A stretch of DNA of 64,000 bases from an uncultured Chlamydiales bacterium (GTDB lineage Bacteria; Chlamydiota; Chlamydiia; Chlamydiales; Rhabdochlamydiaceae): NCBI GenBank assembly GCA_963700985.1, contig OY969554.1, positions 1,792,001 to 1,856,000 of the forward strand, given 5' to 3'. Under the pieces are notes generated by a model, which was given only the letters and a program-made list of their open reading frames with translations, was not told the origin of the DNA and made no database searches. Position numbers and translations under genes: made by a program. This document shows, piece by piece, positions 63,526-64,000 of the stretch (position 1 is the first letter of the stretch; the number at the start of each line of letters is the position of its first letter).

Positions 63526-63588
63526 TCATAGTGCATCCACTCCAATAACGTGCCCCTGACCCGCAGCAGCAATCTGCTTCAACTCTGC
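63526..63588 (-). pseudogene. Leaderless seventh precursor cassette AELKQIAAA-GQGHVIGVDAL*
   Basis: Manual translation starting 2 nt after the precursor 1 stop reproduces the leader end and gives a new 11-aa core with its own TGA. Confidence 0.8.
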
Positions 63589-63590
63589 GA

Positions 63591-63872
63591 TCAATAAACG
63601 TTCTTTGCAATGTGCCCCATGCTCTGACCCGCAGCAGCAACTTTCTTCAACTCTGCTTCATCCAGCTCGTTGATGTTTTTCGGAGCGATCGGCAATACAA
63701 AAGTGAAATGACGTGCATCATCTTCTTGTACACGCACCTCTACGTTAGCAGGAATGTCGTAGCCCATTTCTTTTAGAGTTTCTTTGGGCTTAGCAATGAG
63801 TTTTTTGCGGAAAGCTGGATCTTTCCAAGCTTTAGCGATGATTTTGGCTCTTATATCTTCATTTTTTGGCAT
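63591..63872 (-). CDS. NHLP-leader RiPP precursor 1, core about GQSMGHIAKNVY
   Basis: Same leader; SD AAGGAG upstream; ATG 63872. Confidence 0.93.
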   Translation of the reverse strand: MPKNEDIRAKIIAKAWKDPAFRKKLIAKPKETLKEMGYDIPANVEVRVQEDDARHFTFVLPIAPKNINELDEAELKKVAAAGQSMGHIAKNVY

Positions 63873-63922
63873 ACACACTTCTCCTTGTGTTGTTTATCTC
63901 TGTGTAGGCGATCTCTTGCTTT

Positions 63923-64000
63923 TTATAAAGTATTTTTTTGAAGAGCTTCGATTCCACCAATCAGAGAAAAGATGTTTTCTAAGCCTTTGCTTTTCAAGGC
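63923..64000 (-). CDS. 3' end of a gene ending in a rhodanese-like motif (partial; continues beyond the window)
   Basis: Translates ALKSKGLENIFSLIGGIEALQKNTL*, matching the rhodanese C-terminal pattern L...G..NV.SL.GG..AW. Confidence 0.6.
   Translation of the reverse strand, partial: ALKSKGLENIFSLIGGIEALQKNTL

Noticed and set aside
63513-63572. Extended start of precursor 2 (MLLRVRG...)
   Set aside because: It is an out-of-frame reading of the leaderless cassette; the paralogues all start at M(P/S/K)K.
61930-63872. Array as nitrile hydratase alpha subunits, a CRISPR array, or DGR targets
   Set aside because: No CxxCSC metal motif; the repeats are coding leaders of about 240 nt; core codons show no NNC/NNT bias.

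Overview
Chromosomal window from a member of the phylum Chlamydiae, most likely an environmental, non-Chlamydiaceae lineage. Support: chlamydial 16S 5' signature GAATTTGATCTTGGTTCAG, hctA, and the nrdR-dksA-lspA block. The backbone holds housekeeping genes (obgE-rpmA-rplU, a Zn/Mn ABC transporter, tRNA-Ser, cinA, RNA-modifying enzymes, asd, gmhA, lpxK, an E2 acyltransferase, icd, kdsD, nhaD, rlmD, yajC, htpG, nadE) and one rRNA operon. Several tandem families of effector-like genes are interspersed. Two loci stand out. (1) 56.0-64.0 kb: a RiPP cluster with an NHLP-type ABC exporter, a YcaO-TfuA (thioamide-forming) pair and six nitrile-hydratase-leader precursors with near-identical leaders and unrelated 10-12 aa cores. 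It also has a seventh, leaderless core cassette, and the gene upstream ends in a rhodanese-like motif. (2) 13.2-18.0 kb: an islet at the 3' end of asd with four paralogues, two of them F-box proteins, whose 3' ends show a DGR-like codon-variation pattern and a 9-bp tri-loop hairpin. No reverse transcriptase or template repeat is visible in the window. All calls come from reading motifs by eye; no database searches were run.
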